From Podarcis liolepis (Eukaryota): a stretch of DNA of 64,000 nt. Below the pieces are notes generated by a model. The model searched no databases. It was not told the DNA's origin and worked only from the letters and a program-made list of their open reading frames with translations. Shown in pieces: positions 15,671-29,407 of the stretch. Every line of letters starts with the position of its first letter. The stretch's first letter is position 1. A program made the position numbers and the translations under genes. The DNA lies in assembly GCA_965112155.1 (NCBI GenBank), contig OZ218100.1; one strand, 5' to 3'.

Positions 15671-16024
15671 TAAAGGTAAAGGGACCCCTGACTATTAGGT
15701 CCAGTCGTGACCGATTCGGGGCTGCAGCACTCATCTCGCTTTATTGGTCAAGGGAGCCAGCGTACAGCTTCCGGGTCATGTGGCCAGCATGACTAAGCCG
15801 CTTCTGGCGAACCAGAGCAGCGCACGGAAACACCGTTTACCTTCCCGCCAGAGCGGTACCTATTTATCTACTTGCACTTTGACGTGCTTTCGAACTGCTA
15901 GGTTGGCAGGAGCTGGGACCGAGCAACGGGAGCTCACCCTATTGCAGGGATTCGAACCGCTGACCTTCTGATCGGCAAGTCCTAGGCTCTGTGGTTTAAC
16001 CCACAGCACCACCTGTGTCCCTTC
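15671..16024 (+). mobile_element. Sauria SINE, full length
   Basis: AAAGGTAAAGGGACCCCTG head; 12-bp TSD atatgcacgcat (15659-15670 and 16025-16036). Confidence 0.92.
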
Positions 16025-16372
16025 ATATGCACGCATAGCTGAGCCAATTGGGAAGATTGCTGCATAGACCAATAGCCTATCTGCTGCATTTGGCCCATTC
16101 CAACCACATGTCAACCCATGTGATGAATCTCCCCACCACCCTTGCTATTTTGCCTGATAGGTGAGCCTTGCTGGATAGCAGTCCACATTTCTGCATACTT
16201 CCTCCCTCCCACCCACTGCAACTGCTTCCTGCACTCCAACAGCAGCATACGCCTTATTTACACATTCTAAGATAAATGCCCCTTCACAGGGAATCTGCAT
16301 GTTGTTGCAAGACTGGGTTTGGACCCAATCTGGCTAAGTTTTCTGGATAGCCAAAGGACATTGCGGGATTTA

Positions 16373-16450
16373 ATCATAGAATTGTAGAGTTGGAAGGGGT
16401 CCCCCCCAAGGGTCATCTAGTCCAACCCCCTGCAATGCAGGAATCTCAAC
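16373..16450 (-). mobile_element. CR1 3' end fragment
   Basis: atcatagaattgtagagttggaaggg...ggtcatctagtccaacccc, matching the 2776 copy. Confidence 0.8.
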
Positions 16451-17554
16451 TAAAGCATCCATGACAGATGTTTTACATTCACTTACAGGTATTTATACCC
16501 CCCCCCTTCAACTCTAAAAAGCGTTACACTTGGGAAAGAAAGCTCTTTCCAGAGTTGATGGTGGGGAATTTTGCAATCTGATGTACTTTACATATGTATA
16601 TTGAACCAAGCTGCAGGGGGATATAGTCTTTTAACAAGATAGTATTTTTAGCTAGACTATGTGCCAAGATACACACTTGTTTACTCAGGAAAGCCTTGAA
16701 CTTATGCAGGCTTTTGCATTACCAAAGAAAGCAAGGGAACTGTTCTCTTTCATGACATATCTGCAAAACATAAATCCTGCTATTGAGATTCCTATGAAAC
16801 TACACAAAGTTCAGATTGCTCAACTTCGTTGTTTTGGTCTGTTTCCACATATATTGAGCATTCTTTGGAGATTCACAAAAACAGCAGGATCTCAGGGAAG
16901 CAACGAAATGGCTTCCTGCTGTGGGCTTCCCTCTGTTGTCCAAAAAAAAGAAGTCAATATCTCTTGTGTCAATATTTTGAAATGTAGTTACATTTATTTT
17001 GGGCGAGCTACAAAGAATTCATTGGGATAAGCTACATTTAATGGCCTTATTAATGTCTTCAGCAGTTAAAAGACTTATGAAGATGTTTTCAATTTAAAAA
17101 GATGTAAAGACTCCAGTTTTTCTCATGAAGCAAAAATACTGCAGGGAAAATGTATCATACAATGCCAGTTTAATGTTCAATATCACCCAGAAGCCTGCCC
17201 CTCCCACCCCCAAAATATGCTTTTAAGGCTACAATATTACGCACATTTTTCTGACAGACAATCTCCATTAAATACAGTGGGACTTACTTCTGAGTAACAT
17301 GCATAGATCAGTAGCAGGACAGCAAAGAGGAAGAAACAGCTATGGCTGATGCCAGAGGCCAGTCAAACACCAAGACTTGGAAACCAGTAAACTGCTCACT
17401 GAGCTGGTTATGCAACCATTTTAATTTTGCATGGGATTCCTGGCAAAGCCAGATGTCGTGTATGTCTTTCTCTTATTCTGGCCTTCCCAGCAGCCCAGCT
17501 GAGAGGGAAGAACCTGTCTGTTTTCTCCTCCTTTTCTGCAGTGCACAGATGAGT

Positions 17555-18124
17555 TGTCATGGAATGGCCGAATGCAGAGTTGTTGTGCGGGGAACCCCTC
17601 TAGGGAACCCCCAAGGGAAGAAGGTTCCGAGCCAGGGGATTGGTGGTGGGAAGACAATGTGTGGTCAGACAGAGGAGAGGACTGGAAGGAGGAGGTGTCA
17701 GTGGCAGAAGAGGTGACAAGGTTTAGTGAACCCAGGGTTTAGAAGCTGTGGCAGAGAGCAGCTCCGACTGACTCTGAAGTGGAGGCTAGAGGGGAGAGTG
17801 GTCAAGAGGAAGAGTAGAGGTTGCTGATGAATCCAGGGAGTCTCCCCCTCCTGCTGCGACCTCTCCCTCCTGGTCTACCAGAACACACAGAGAAATCAAA
17901 AGAGCAGAAGTTGATTGTGCACAGACACAGTCTCAGATTGCTGGGGAAATAACCTGGAGAGGAGTGAACTCAGTCCTCGCAACTTCCTCACTGGGGCAAG
18001 ACTTGCTGGAAAGAGTTGCCGGGATTACTAGGCTTGCTCTGTTTTGGTTTCTTTGAATTAAGCATTAACTTACCTGACACTGTGTTTTTTATCGCTGACC
18101 TACATCTGACTCCGGCTCCTGACA
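17555..18124 (+). mobile_element. LTR-like element (TGTCA...TGACA)
   Basis: 5-bp inverted termini, purine-rich body, and a 3' end shared with 3116-3200 (minus). Confidence 0.5.
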
Positions 18125-19812
18125 GCATGTGAATTTTACCTTTATAGTAGGCTAGTTTCTATACACATCCATCTCAATCTTCAATCTAAGACAGCAAGAA
18201 GCATCAGAGTTCAAGGACACATCCCAGGCAGGAAAAATACTGGAGGTACAAAGCAGGGCTGTTGAGGGGTGTGGCTTGGGGAGAGTCCCAAGGACCTAAC
18301 AGCCCTGGAAGGCCCCATTTTCTTCTGCAAGGCCACCAGATGTTAGTGGACTGCAGCTCTCATCACTGCCTACCGCTGGTCATGCTGCTTGGGGCTGATA
18401 GTTCAGCAACATCAGGAGGCCCACAGGTTCCCCACTCCTGGTTTAGAGTTTCATGCAAAATAGGCCAGTGTTAACTATAGTACAAATTAATGTACTAAGG
18501 CTGAATTCCTATACTTGGGAGTAAATCCTTATAAACTCAGCAGGATTATTTCTCAGCAGTCATGGATAGTATTTCACTGCACTTCCCCTTATTTGGAAGT
18601 AAGTTTCATTGCACTTGGCAAACATTTTGGAAGGAGAAAGTGTTTTGACACTAAATGCTATCTTGTCCCTTTTTGCAAAGTCAAAATTTCAAGATTTAAT
18701 AATGCATGTTTTATTGTGTTATGACCTCTTGTTTGTATATAGCACGTCTGCTCTTAAGTCTGTGAGGTTTTATTTTGGGCACCCTCACCTCAAAAAAATG
18801 TTTATTTATCTCATCAGCCCAGTGTTCAAGCACATAGTGCTACCCCTCAAGGGTCAAAGAAACCATTCAGTGGAGTTGAGAGGACTGGCCCATGTGCAGT
18901 AATTCATGGGTTCATTTTAGACTTTCGGAGCTAGGCTCTGTCACAAACAATAATTATGCCTGTCTGAATTGTGCCAGCTATCGCTTAAACTGTTTCGACT
19001 GGTTAAACACAAGAGCCTTTTGAATCATTTAGAATCCGGCAGAGCCAGAATGGCTGTATCAAGATTCCAAGAGGAGAAATATATATTTTTAACTCCATCT
19101 ATGGCTCTTTTTGTTCAAATTCATTCAGCCTAGTCACTTCTAATTTAAAATGTACTTAATGGGAATCAAGCTGAAGATTTTAAATTAATCCAGTGAAACT
19201 TTGCTAGATTGGTAATTAAAATGACATGTTAGGATATATTAAAGAATGTAAGATTAATACACTTACACTTGGAGCTTCTGGTATGGTACTAAAAGCTACC
19301 CTTTCAAGAAGCTGAAATGCAGCATAATTGATACAATACCTTTTATTGAACCAGCTAGTCTATAAACCTGGAAGAAAGCATTGGAACTCCATATTTTGAA
19401 GTAAGTTTAGGTGTCCAAAGGGGTGGTGGTAGGGAATAATATAATGTTTTATGCCAACAGCAATCTTCTGTCCTTGTTGGAGGAAATTAGGTCACAAGCT
19501 CATCCACAATTTGGCATGCTGGAGAATCAGCAAACTGATAATTGAACTTTGTTTGCTTCCTGTGCAATTTGGTTTGAGGTGCGATCCTAGGCACACATAC
19601 ATGAAATAAGTTCACCTGAAGTGTGACTTTGGAGTAAACATGGGTAGGATCAGGCTCTAGGGATCCAGGTAATTTGTAATTCACTTAACATGTAGCTTTA
19701 GATCTTTGGTAGGCAGTGCTGCTTTCAAATGGCAAGTGATGGGATATTTTATTGAAAGCTCCTCCACTTGCAGTTCCAACACAGAAATGTAGAATGTCAG
19801 AGAGGCGGCTAG

Positions 19813-20430
19813 TAGGCCTGGGCGATATATCGCCCAAGACCGGTATGAGGAGCAGAATGTGATGTCTGCTTCGCTCAGCAGTATATCACTGGTGAAACAG
19901 CCACCACTCCCGAGTCTCTCTGCTAGCAGCGTCCATTAGAGTTCCTTCTGCCAGCGGCGCTGCTAACAGAGGGACTCGGGAGTGGTGGCTGTTTCACCAG
20001 CGATATATCGCTGGTGAAACCGCCATAGCATTCTGCCCTCATCCGATGCAGAGAGAGAAACAAGCTGTATTGGCAAGGCGCCGATACAGCTTGTTCCTCC
20101 CCTCTGCATTTTTTGGTGGGGGCTTCATGAAGCTGCTCAGCTGAGGGGCGCGCAGTTGGCTCTGCCTGCTTGCCCATGAGTGGGGGGAGCACCGGGGCTG
20201 TCTCAGCTGGGGAGGGGGAACCTTCCTGATCCCCAGCTGAGCTGTACAAACAAGCTGTGTTGCCCCAGCCTGTGAGTGCCTGGGTGAAACCAGTTCCCAA
20301 GGTGAGCTGGGGCTGTTTCACGAGGTGCCTGGTGCAGGCCAATGCAGCTTGCTTTTTCAGTGCCGTGGTATATCGACAAACCGATGTTTGGCTGGCGATA
20401 TTGTTGAAAAGCTGATATTGCCCAGCCGTA
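19813..20430. mobile_element. hAT-type non-autonomous element with an internal 50-bp hairpin
   Basis: TIRs TAGGCCTGGGCGATAT / ATATTGCCCAGCCGTA; 8-bp TSD gcggctag/gtggctag. Confidence 0.85.
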
Positions 20431-23015
20431 GTGGCTAGATTATAACCTTCTTCCTGACATCTACTTAGAGGGGATTTTTCAAGATGGGGGCTTTCAACTC
20501 CCCCTCCCACTTAAACAGCAAACCTGCTCACCTCCATATCACTGAGAAACAGCTTTTGAAACTGAACAAAGCTTCAAAAGCAGTTTGAACAGCACATCAG
20601 GTCAGGTTAGCATATCTGAAGGTTAAAGATTATACAGGGTCATCACAAGTCCCTTGAAGGATACCAACTGTTTCTTAGATCCCAGCAAAAGCTTTTACAG
20701 TTATGCGCCGAGGAGAGAGATGACTGGTTGTGATCTTTTACTGTTTGCTTTTATACGGCTTTGTTGTCATCACTGTGTTATTTAATTTCTTTAAAAGAAG
20801 TAGTGCTGTGTATTGTTTTATATATTCTGTTTTGTTCTCTCAAAGATGTAGGCCATGGAAAGTTTCCAGCCCAGCGTGGGGCTGACCGAGTTCTGTCCTC
20901 AAAGCTGCTGAGGATGGAACAACAGATGGGAGGTTGGGAAGATGCATTTTGTTGGCACAGGCTAGAAGTGGCATTTACCATTGGTTTAAAAATATTTTTG
21001 ACATTTTTAAATAGTTGTTTTTAGCTATTTTAAAGTGATCATTTCATTATTTTATTCCTTTTGTAAATCACTCTTTTTTACAATCAAGTGGAATATAAAT
21101 GTTATGAAATATATTTTTTTAAAAAAATTAATGGCATGGACACAGATGATTGTAGTGTGGGCTGTGGATATCCTGTCTACAGAAAAATTCCCTTAAGTTC
21201 AGTGGTAAAAAGAAGATTCCTGTGCCACTCTAGATACAGGGACCACCAGGAACATTTAGTCTTTAGCCTAGTTGTTGCCTTTAAGCATAATAGAGAACAG
21301 CTGACATTCTTGTCTATGCGAGAAGATCATAGACTCATAGAAGTGTAGAGCTGGGAGTGCTGCACTTGAGAAGAACACTGCAATGGGGCAAAACCTACGG
21401 GATGAACCTGCCTCTGACCAGGTATTGGCTTTACTTTTTTTTCTTCTGCTTTCTGCTTTGGTTTTAATAACTGAATTTTATTATATTACCTTTTATATGT
21501 AACTACTTGATAGTTCATCATAGAAATGACAAGTGACAAATAAATTCTCAAAATAAAATATTCTTTGAAATGAAAGGCAGTACAGAAATGGTATCCCAAA
21601 AAGCAAGGGTAAGTAAGGATATTAAACATCAACACAGATTCCTAATACCTCTAGTTCTGAGTCATTGAATTCACTGCAAAGTTTATCAAATATATCAGAG
21701 GGCTTTTCACTGAACACAAAAATTCACCTAGACCACCTTCATGTTTGAACCTTATAATTAAGTATAAATAAAACAGATGTCTCAGCTTCTATGAACACAA
21801 TTCCATGGAACAGAACTGCAAAGCAATTGGGTGGGGAGCTCCAGAAGTCATCCTACCTAACCCACTTGGTTTGGGGTAGAAAAAAAGTTAATAGCATACA
21901 ACTTTCCAAGTATAAGCTGTTGTTTCCCAATGCGGCAGTTAATTACAATTAATTTTGGGAGACAATTATCTATTCCAGCTACCTCCTGTTACCATTGCCC
22001 TAATTAAATATGCTATCATCCACAGAATGAAGTTTTACTGTACATTCCAAATACACTTAAATCATACATAGGCGCCACTCATATGTACCCAGGTAGAGCT
22101 TACTTTTGAGTAAACATGTAATAAGACTGTCAAGTTCATTTTCAGGGAAACATAAGAACAGTACAATTCTTTATGCACTTACTCAGAATTAAGTTCCATC
22201 ACATTACTCTCAGGTAAGTGGGTATAGGATCACTGCTTAAATCTTTTCAAAAAGAACTTTAAATATGCCTCTTACATAAACATCAACATTAAGAGATTTA
22301 GAAATGAAGCCCACAAAGCATCTTTATTATTTGAGGATGTATCAACATCAAATTTAAAATGTGGTTATCCCTCAAATAAGTAGTGCAGCTGCCAGCAATA
22401 TCAATATCCTTGCAAAGGAAGCAAGTGATCCAGGCTTACACTTGTCTACTCAGAAGTTAGCCCCACCAAATTTAATGGGGCTTACTCGTAGGTAAATAGA
22501 GGATTTCAGCCTTAACTTTGCTGCAATCTGTATGCCATGTCATAAGCATTGGTTTGCTGTTCATTCTGCTGTAACAGCTTTCAAAAGGTGGTCAGACTAG
22601 GTGTCATAGGATATCATTTTGTCTCCATTTCCACAAATGCTCCCCCTCCCCCCTCATAAACTACTAATCAGGCTTTTCTAAAATACAAAACACTAAACAG
22701 TGTAGTAGAAAAATGGACCACAACTGGATCCATAAATATCTAGGACAGCAGTACCACCAGTCCAATACATTTTTGACAAATGAAAAATACTGAAGTATGT
22801 TATAGAACTAACTACATTCCATCAGTGCATCATTGCACTTTTCATATTACTATCTCCTCTTCAGCATGGAACGTTTTCTTTATGTTCATTGTCTCTTTAC
22901 CACTGCATTTATAACAAACAGGTAGTAAACAGTGGCAAAATAAATGACTCAAAAAACATTATTTCCTTTATATCTTCAAGTAATTCCACCTAAAACAAAC
23001 TAAATCAAGATTGCT

Positions 23016-23122
23016 TCAAACATTCCATCCTATCCTCTGGAACAAGCTGATGATAGCATTTTCAAAAATTAATCCACTCACAATAGCCACCAGACAAAGT
23101 TTTCGGCTTGTATTCAAGGTAA
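23016..23122 (-). CDS. ARV1: ARV1 coding exon 5 (to TGA)
   Basis: ttttgcag|(V)TLNTSRKLCLVAIVSGLIFENAIISLFQRIGWNV*. Confidence 0.93.
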
Positions 23123-24355
23123 CTGCAAAAGAAAGGAAAAATGGGGTGGGTTCAATTCCTAGTGGTTTTCCAACTGTGGCTATGAATGAATTAGTCTGGA
23201 CAAAATCACATTTCTAGTTAATATGTGATGGCTATGTGAATAAAATATGCAGGACTGGGAACAGGTAAGTTGTGTTAAACATTATCACAGTTGCAAACTA
23301 ATCATTTAAGCAGGAGTGGGCAACTTTTGTTCCATCAAGGGCTGAATTCTTTTGGAGCTAATCTCTCAAGGCTGCATGCTGTGGGGGTCAGGACTTATCA
23401 CCCCCCATCTGTTAATACTATCACCACCCCAAAACCACCCTCCCTCACACTATCTCTCTATCCCTCCCCCCCCAATCTCTTTCTTTCTCTCCCTCTCCCT
23501 CTCTCTGCCACCTCACGTTTGCCTTCCAAGGGACCACAACCGCACTAAGGAAAAATGGCACAATTTTGGCCCAGCATTCCTTTCTAGTAATCTAGTCATT
23601 TCCGTGAGATCTTTTGCAACCCAGTTCCTTCCCAGTGATCCAGCCTTCACCATTACTGCCAGGAAAATGAGAAAGAGGCAGTCCAGACTGACCACAAAGC
23701 ACAGTACTACTCTGTACTAGGCCACTGTGCTACTCTACCTACCATGCTCTGCGGTTTGGCACCTGCCTCTCTCTTGTTCTTTTTTGTGGCAATTAGATGT
23801 TTATGAAAGAACGGCATTACTTGAGGGGGAGGGTGAAGAAGCAACACTGTCCTTGTGCCACCAGCTAGATCATTGGGAAGGAACCCACTTTTCCTGAAAT
23901 ACTGCATCAGTGATACAGAACACCTCTATACTTGCTAGAACAGACAAGGGCAAACAGACTGGTTTACCCAAGTATGGGATGTAATGCATATGAACAAACT
24001 AACATAATAGTACATGTTCAAGGCAAAATGAAAAACTGTTATTCCTCTGGATTATTGTGCAACTATTGTTGTAATGTCAGCTTTGCTAGAGTCAAAGATT
24101 AAGCTTTCAGTCTTTGCTATCTTTTGCACACTGTACAGATTTCACACTTATTCAAGTCTGCTGTCAGGCACTACAATCTCTCTAGTTTCCACTCTCTGAA
24201 TTAAGTTTCCTTCTTTGACGTTTTACATCATAATGCTGAATGCCTGCCTCATGCAGTCAAAACCATGAAGATGGGGTGGCACCTCTATGTCTGGGCTGAA
24301 CAAGTGTCCTGACTTGCTTTACAACACTATTCTACAAGAGTAAAATTAGGAATAC

Positions 24356-24580
24356 CTCTAATTGCTTGCGAGTTTGAGGTCAAGACGAAGACTTTAATGA
24401 GCAAGAGACACAAATGAGTATAGTCATGTTCCCAAATAACAGCTGGAATCAACAGAAGTTTTCCATAGCTGGATAGCAGCAATGCTTTCAGAAGAAAGGT
24501 GAAATCTGCCTTGGTTGTCAGGACTACAGCTCTTGCTAGCCACAAAGCAGTGAAGATGCCAATCAAAAAGGCAGTTTGTT
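24356..24580 (-). CDS. ARV1: ARV1 coding exon 4
   Basis: cag|(E)QTAFLIGIF...[21 protein letters not shown]...NSQAIR+G|gtattc. Confidence 0.97.
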
Positions 24581-24586
24581 CTGAAT

Positions 24587-24610
24587 GAGAGAGAGAGAGA
24601 GAGAGAGAGA
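24587..24610. repeat. (GA)12 microsatellite forming the polypyrimidine tract of the ARV1 exon 4 acceptor
   Basis: Seen directly; (TC)12-ATTCAG on the minus strand. Confidence 0.9.
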
Positions 24611-24949
24611 TTAAGGCATTTATTAAACAGTTAGTCATTAGAAGGTATACCAGACATTTTACTACATAAATTTGCTAGGAGCATTTAAGTAGTTTTCTGT
24701 GGAAAAGAGTACATTTTGGATTGGATTAGATGTAGCAAGATGTATGTATGGCATTTGTTAGGTACTTTACCTTGCCCAAGGCAACTCAAAGCAACTTACA
24801 AACAAATGAACAAAAAACCCCACATAGATACATTAAAACCAGTTGCGGAGGGGAGGGGGAAACCCCAACAACTTCAGAGAATGAGCAGAGTCATGGGGAA
24901 GGAGACAGTCCCTAGGCATCATGCTTTATGGAAGTTTAAGATATGATAA

Positions 24950-25390
24950 CCAACACTTTGCACTGTGCTTAGAAATGGGGAGCTAGGCATGACTAAAATC
25001 AGAAATGGCCAGAAACAGGCACAATTGACACACCAGCTGAAGCTGAGCAAAATTACTCCTGGTCACACAGTCACTGAATATCCAGGAGCAAAGCTGGGCC
25101 CATGAGCACTCCCAAACTATGAACCTCATCTTTCAAAGGGAGCACAGCCCCATAGCACCTCTGTCATGTCCAAACTGAGTTTCAGCTTGTTTGCCTGCAT
25201 GTATGTAGCTTATCAGTAACCTCAAGGAATGGTTCAAAGCCTCCACACCCTCCCTGTGAAATGTTAAGCTGATAGAGAGCTGAATATCATTCACACACTA
25301 ATGACAACCAACTTCAAACTTCTGGGTAACCTCTCCTATGAGTTTTAAGGTGGATATTAAAGAGCATAAGGCACAGCCTTGAACCCTGTT
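24950..25390 (-). mobile_element. Degenerate L2-clade LINE fragment
   Basis: Stretches typical of antisense L2 RT (tgagtttcagcttgtt, atagagagctgaatatcat, gagccct-like); heavily decayed. Confidence 0.4.
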
Positions 25391-25946
25391 AGACACCACC
25401 AGTCATCCCAGTGCAGGTCAACCCACTACTGAACCACCACCTAGTTCTGCTCCCCATCACAATTCTGCAACTGGCTTCATATGGTGTCTCCTGGGATTCT
25501 AGTGGGAAAACAGTAGAACTGGAAGCCTGAGACCTGACCTCCTCAATGCAGGTCGCTATTGTTCCAATTTGAAAAGAGTCTGAGAAACAAGTGATTTTCA
25601 CAAGGCTAATCAAGGGGCTTTTGGCTGAAAATAGATTTGGGCTCTGTCTCCCAGACCCAACCCCAACATTCTCTGCTGTAAAATACTTGCACTCAAAGTG
25701 CCTGCAATACTTTTTCATACATAACTACCCATTCAGATTGGTGGAATACTGTCAATTCTTGATTGTTGAGCATCCTCCAAGCAGATTATGTGAAGTCAAG
25801 TGAGACATTATGGAAAAATAAACTAACAATACAACACATCCATTGCACACTAATAATTACAATGCATTCAAACCAGTTTAAAATGTTTAGATAAAAAGAA
25901 CCTAGAAATAATATTTGGAGCAATGACAAATTATACTGGATCTTAC

Positions 25947-26100
25947 CCAGAGACGCTATCCCAAACATTCGATAAAAATCCCATTCCTTGGCATATCTAA
26001 TTAAGTCATCAGGTTCAGTGCTTTGGCTTGAATCCTGTAACTGCAACCATCTGATATAAGCCTCACAAAGCAAACAGAATATGCAAAGCTTCCCATGAAT
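25947..26100 (-). CDS. ARV1: ARV1 coding exon 3
   Basis: cag|[18 protein letters not shown]...[16 protein letters not shown]+G|gtaaga. Confidence 0.97.
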
Positions 26101-26700
26101 CTGAAATATGAAATAGCATTAGTTTCAGAGGCCCATGGACATCAGGCATTTAACACTATTGTTTACCATTACAAACTATGTTGTTTTTTGCAAGTTTTAT
26201 TGGTGTTAGATGCATAAGTCATCATAGAAGTCAGCTCTCTCATACTAGAAGATGCAGAATGGAAAAAGGAAAGACTGAAGGAGCCTAACTGAGCACTGCC
26301 TCCACAGAGATGTGATGGTGCGCACATCTTTCCCACCCAGGGACTTGCAACATACATATGGAAATGCACTGACTGCAAGAATAACTAAATGTTACTTGGC
26401 TCATAATCAGACTTCTGAATAACAGAACATCTTCCAGAGCACTGCTACACACTGTGCTACCCAAGGAACTCAATTATTATTCATTCAGTTAATATGTTAT
26501 ATGGGCTTTAGAGTGACTTTCAAGAGTTGTAATTATTTTTTGCCGTGGGGAACAGGACAAGACAAAACTTCCAGAAAAGGATGCAAGCTGAAGTTAATAT
26601 AAGTACTACATGGAAAGGAAGAAGGAAAGACCAGTTTCACACCAAATATTTTCATTATGCCTCTCATAATTTTCTAACAAGAACCGCATATCTTACACTA

Positions 26701-27069
<369 letters not shown>

Positions 27070-29407
27070 TCAGCACACCAAGTTGCAGTGAACTGCCAGA
27101 CATAGAAAAATGCATAGAAGCTCATAAAATATTACCACCAAGGCTGTCTATTTTTATCCATGTGAACAGGAATTTACATTTCAATATTTCATCATACACT
27201 GTTGAAAGACAGATATTTTAGGCTTAATTCTATACTACTTATTAGATAGAAACAGACTCATGTGGTATACAAGATGATCTGCAAGGACCATAAAAATATC
27301 TGCAAGCTTCTTTGAGTCCCTGTCAATGAAAAAGATGGGGCATAAATTGATGATGATGATGATCCAGTCCTTCAATGCTTGGCACAGATGCATTCCAGAA
27401 TTGCAGTAGTCATAGCCCATGGGGTGGTGGTGTGTTGTAGCAGCAGCAGCACTAAAGACAAGTTTAATAATTATTAGAAAGGGACTAAAAAATAAAATAG
27501 CAAATGCCAAATTAATATTATATGCCTGTGGTATGTCCACATACAGTTAATCTGTTCCTGATACCATCATCTCAAAAGTATTGCTAAGCTGGAAAAGACT
27601 AATAAAGGCAGACTGATAGAGGCTCATAAAATTATGGACGATGGAGTGAGAATGTGTAGAAACAAATTATTTTCCCTCCCAGAATAAAAGTCTGTGTTCT
27701 TCAGTGAAATTGGCTGGGGTCCACAAACACCATCACCAAGTAGCTAGCAGTGAAAACTGCAACTAGTGACAGATTATACTGCCATGTATACACTATGACT
27801 GGAGTATCTACATTTTCAAAAAAACACCAGCAACAAAGCATAGCAGACAGTAATTTCCCCCAAAAAATAGCAATACAGTGCACTTGTACTGGATTTTTTT
27901 ATTAGTGTTATGTGCTGGAGGAGAAGGGTTGTTACAAACCCCAAATGTGTATATACTGCCCAATGTTCTAAAAACTCCTTGCCAGGCAATGATGATACAG
28001 AAACATTCTATTTCCCTCCTTGCATCAGGAAGCATGGATGCCTCACCAGTCACTAGAAATAATGGTTGGCTGCTGTATTGTTGGATAAACTCATGACCAT
28101 ATCACAATGCACACTGGTAGGAATAATTTCTCTCTGGTGGTATTGCTACTTACTAAAATTTTCTTTGATGTTAAATTGTACCCAGCAAAATAGAAAGAGA
28201 CACTTGTTACCTGAAAATGAAAAGTATGTGCCAACAGCAAGAACAATCGGTCATATCAAAGCATTCATGTTCATGCCAAATTTACAAAATCTGCCAACTT
28301 CTTTTATGCAAGCAAATACTGGATTTTGTATACTTTCTGCTGAAGGAATTGCTTTTGTCCGGAAGACAGATAACATGTAGCAAAGACTATAAAATAGCAC
28401 TTCCATTTTAGCTTTTATGTGAGGAAAATACATTTTCCTAGTAGTTAAATGATAATAAAATGCTGCCAAAGGACAGTTTGACATTGAAAAATGTGACAGT
28501 AGTTAAAATGTGTTTTATTGCCATCTTTCAGTGAAGCTTCTTTTATCTAGCTTTCCCATCAACTACCTTGGCTGCCAGTTATTATTAATAAAAAAGCGAG
28601 CTTTACATCATGCTGTAAGCCTTAAGGACATCCAGTTTGCAATTTATATTATGGTATGTACTGAGCAGGACCTCAGCTATCTAGGTTCAACCCTTTCCCC
28701 CATCCAAATAAGAGCTTATCAGCCTCAACTTGGTGTCCACACTATTCCCCATTTTCAGAATGGTGGATCACTGTTGGGGAGATGCTTAAGTGGTTTTAAA
28801 CTTGTGCTCTGAAGATTCTTCAGTGATTAGTTAGCAATGGCTAACTAATCATTTTGCTGCTATCGGAATGTTAGTCGTGTTCTAAGCCAAAACCTCATTC
28901 CATGCCAAAAATCAGCGAATGCCAACAGACCAGGACAGCACCTATGTTTCTGCCTCCTCTGCCAATATTTCCCTTCCCACTGTATACAAATAAGAAAGGA
29001 TATGAGGGAAAAGCCCCTCCTATAAAAACTTTCCCTGTTACTTTTTTATTCCACACCACATACTGGGACTTAGAACACTTCATAATGGTCACCATGACAA
29101 CTATATAAATATATTTAAATGCCATCATAACCCTAGCCATACAATATTCTTAAATGCATTCTATTTCAAATTCTATTATTGCTTGGTGTTTTTAGACCAT
29201 ATGCTGCACTGAAGTTGATGATGAGATGAGAGAGTCATTTGTTAAACGTCATACAATACAGGGAAAGCAGAGTGTTAGAATGTTTGGGTGAGGAAGATCC
29301 AGAAATAAAGGGATGTACAGGAAACAGCCAGGACAGTAGGAATACAAGACAGAGGAAATACAAGAAAGAGCAGAGTAAGAGGCAAGATCAAGAGAAATAA
29401 ACTGATA

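Noticed and set aside
19923-20510. 195-aa minus-strand ORF
   Set aside because: Lies almost wholly in a GC-rich non-autonomous hAT element, starts at a non-ATG codon and has no transposase motifs.
24346-24355. ARV1 intron 4 donor GTATTCCT as a U12-type site
   Set aside because: Does not match GTATCCTT, and there is no TCCTTAAC branch near the acceptor.
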